Shown here: piece by piece, positions 21,901 to 22,155 of the stretch | How the letters are laid out: each line of letters begins with the position of its first letter | Position numbering within the stretch: position 1 is the first letter of the stretch | From: Octopus sinensis | Taxonomy: Eukaryota | Direction: 5' to 3' | Assembly (NCBI RefSeq): GCF_006345805.1 | Contig: NW_021823648.1 | Location: forward strand, 1-22,155 | Length of the DNA: 22,155 nt | Translations under genes and position numbers: made by a program | Notes under the pieces: generated by a model | Database searches by the model: none | What the model saw: only the letters and a program-made list of their open reading frames with translations | Told to the model about the DNA's origin: nothing

Positions 21901-22155
21901 AGTGCTATCGAGACGCACTACCTGTTCGAGAGAAGAGCTACAGACACGGTTCGAAAACCATCACCGGACCGACCTGCCCGAGATGCGGTCAGAGCGACGA
22001 AACCGTTCTGCACGCACTCGTGCGGTGTCCAGATATTTCAGAGCTGTGGTCCTTCGTCGAACAGCTGTTGTCACGTGTAGGTCGGGCTCGCCTATCGGCC
22101 GAGTCTATCGTCAATATTGTTCCACCACCTTCCTTTAAACGGGAAGGGAAAACGG
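18945..22155 (+). CDS. LINE ORF2 polyprotein (APE endonuclease, reverse transcriptase, CCHC), partial at window edge
   Basis: Hand-translated, 1070 codons with no stop: NARGL, SETRL, YAP, GDWN (19371-19382), YLDRI, TDY, WKLNTSLL, KSPGLDGLP, FRPITLLNADLKILAK, DQSKAFD, RQGCPLS, YAED (21006-21017), CPRC-x7-H-x4-C (21975-22028). Confidence 0.95.
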   Translation, partial: MSSMLKLGCVNARGLASAWKQGYLLNDIKSLNVDIVAISETRLSKPRALESMFGNQFDIYFSPCLPDMGGGGTAVLFRKSLNVKIRAIFLDPESRLVVLDVDGRNGCAFRLMAFYAPSLTGRADFFRRLEVFLGTSRPLLLVGDWNATLDTHLDYVGRDRNRRGCKSLKDLFRRFHLSDRFRLDHPNVPTWTWTNRVGSSRSYLDRILCRTADRDSVGCPQFKIVSYTDYKFVTCTLDLDKTHRQGPGYWKLNTSLLARQVYRNRISELIKRALTGAVVNNRWWYALKMAIKSELIRFSKELAIKRNRVEGDLVKKLEEALTTGSATNVLAARMALDQHLNAKHEGCVVRAKMRALRNEGIEVAREARVAEEQRGNRATIRSLIDQQGCSLLEPERMCEAFQQHFARLFGAIGGSERGMDFSAYLTDLPRLSAREAECCESPITAADVWDAMAGCVRDKSPGLDGLPYELFCRMPDLFGDLLASVYCNWQQNGRIPGFVSRGAVTLLKKDRNKGNFIDNFRPITLLNADLKILAKVIAERLALVIGKLVDRAQTCAVPGRTIHDNLYLMRYIVDRVVKDPGMGGALINLDQSKAFDRVDHRYLAAVLRAAGFGPVFRGWIAALYSGIRSVIRVNGHLSKPFDITRSVRQGCPLSALLYVLTLEPLLRKLATLRGIPRELGCGTSVSVYAEDVTVIVSSDKHIKMIGETLREYETVTGAKVNPEKSVDLLLGTWRSKPMPSDCGSVVGRWTDGPVKLLGVWFSPDLQMDKNWDEITSRVVALSQTWAERKLSLKGRAEVANAYIASVIDYRLTVVPCPDATITKLERILFRFLWKCGVPMVRKSICCQHPLNGGLGMPWLMMRRHALRLRHLWKFIDDGEQVWAPFVRRDFPQLVSPTELQTWIKKRPKLGDWHRECRQALQQLCRSGSNLCNLQTTKAFYRGLVEGRSDDTLGANLGVDEEFLTRLFRTTFGPGPMDNFQKSLAWQCYRDALPVREKSYRHGSKTITGPTCPRCGQSDETVLHALVRCPDISELWSFVEQLLSRVGRARLSAESIVNIVPPPSFKREGKT

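Larger units (their letters stand above)
16935..22155 (+). mobile_element. Near full-length Tx1/L1-clade non-LTR retrotransposon (3' end beyond window)
   Basis: Composition shift at 16935, ORF1 with CCHC knuckle, 65-nt spacer, and ORF2 with APE endonuclease, RT and C-terminal CCHC. Confidence 0.92.

Noticed and set aside
18084-22138. Antisense and alternate-frame ORFs over the LINE
   Set aside because: Shadows of GC-rich ORF2 and A-rich ORF1 with no recognisable motifs.

Overview
AT-rich, microsatellite-laden eukaryotic DNA; the repeat families and SINE tail resemble cephalopod (Octopus-like) sequence, which is my inference from recalled repeats and not a database result. Host genes: two minus-strand exons (12420-12346, 9350-8851) splice in frame into a short-chain collagen C4-like (spongin NC1-related) C-terminal domain, and a separate minus-strand first coding exon (5662-5519) encodes a signal-anchor N-terminus. 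The rest is layered transposon sequence: several Helitrons (two with RepHel remnants), piggyBac remnants, a decayed RTE LINE, an old L1/Tx1 3' fragment, a SINE tail, a MITE, two Penelope-type hammerhead motifs, and a near full-length Tx1/L1-clade LINE (about 16935 to the window end). That LINE's ORF2 (18945 to the edge, 1070 codons with no stop) is missing from the ORF track, and both its RT (YADD to YAED) and endonuclease (DH to DY) catalytic motifs are substituted. Most long ORFs in the track are microsatellite artefacts.
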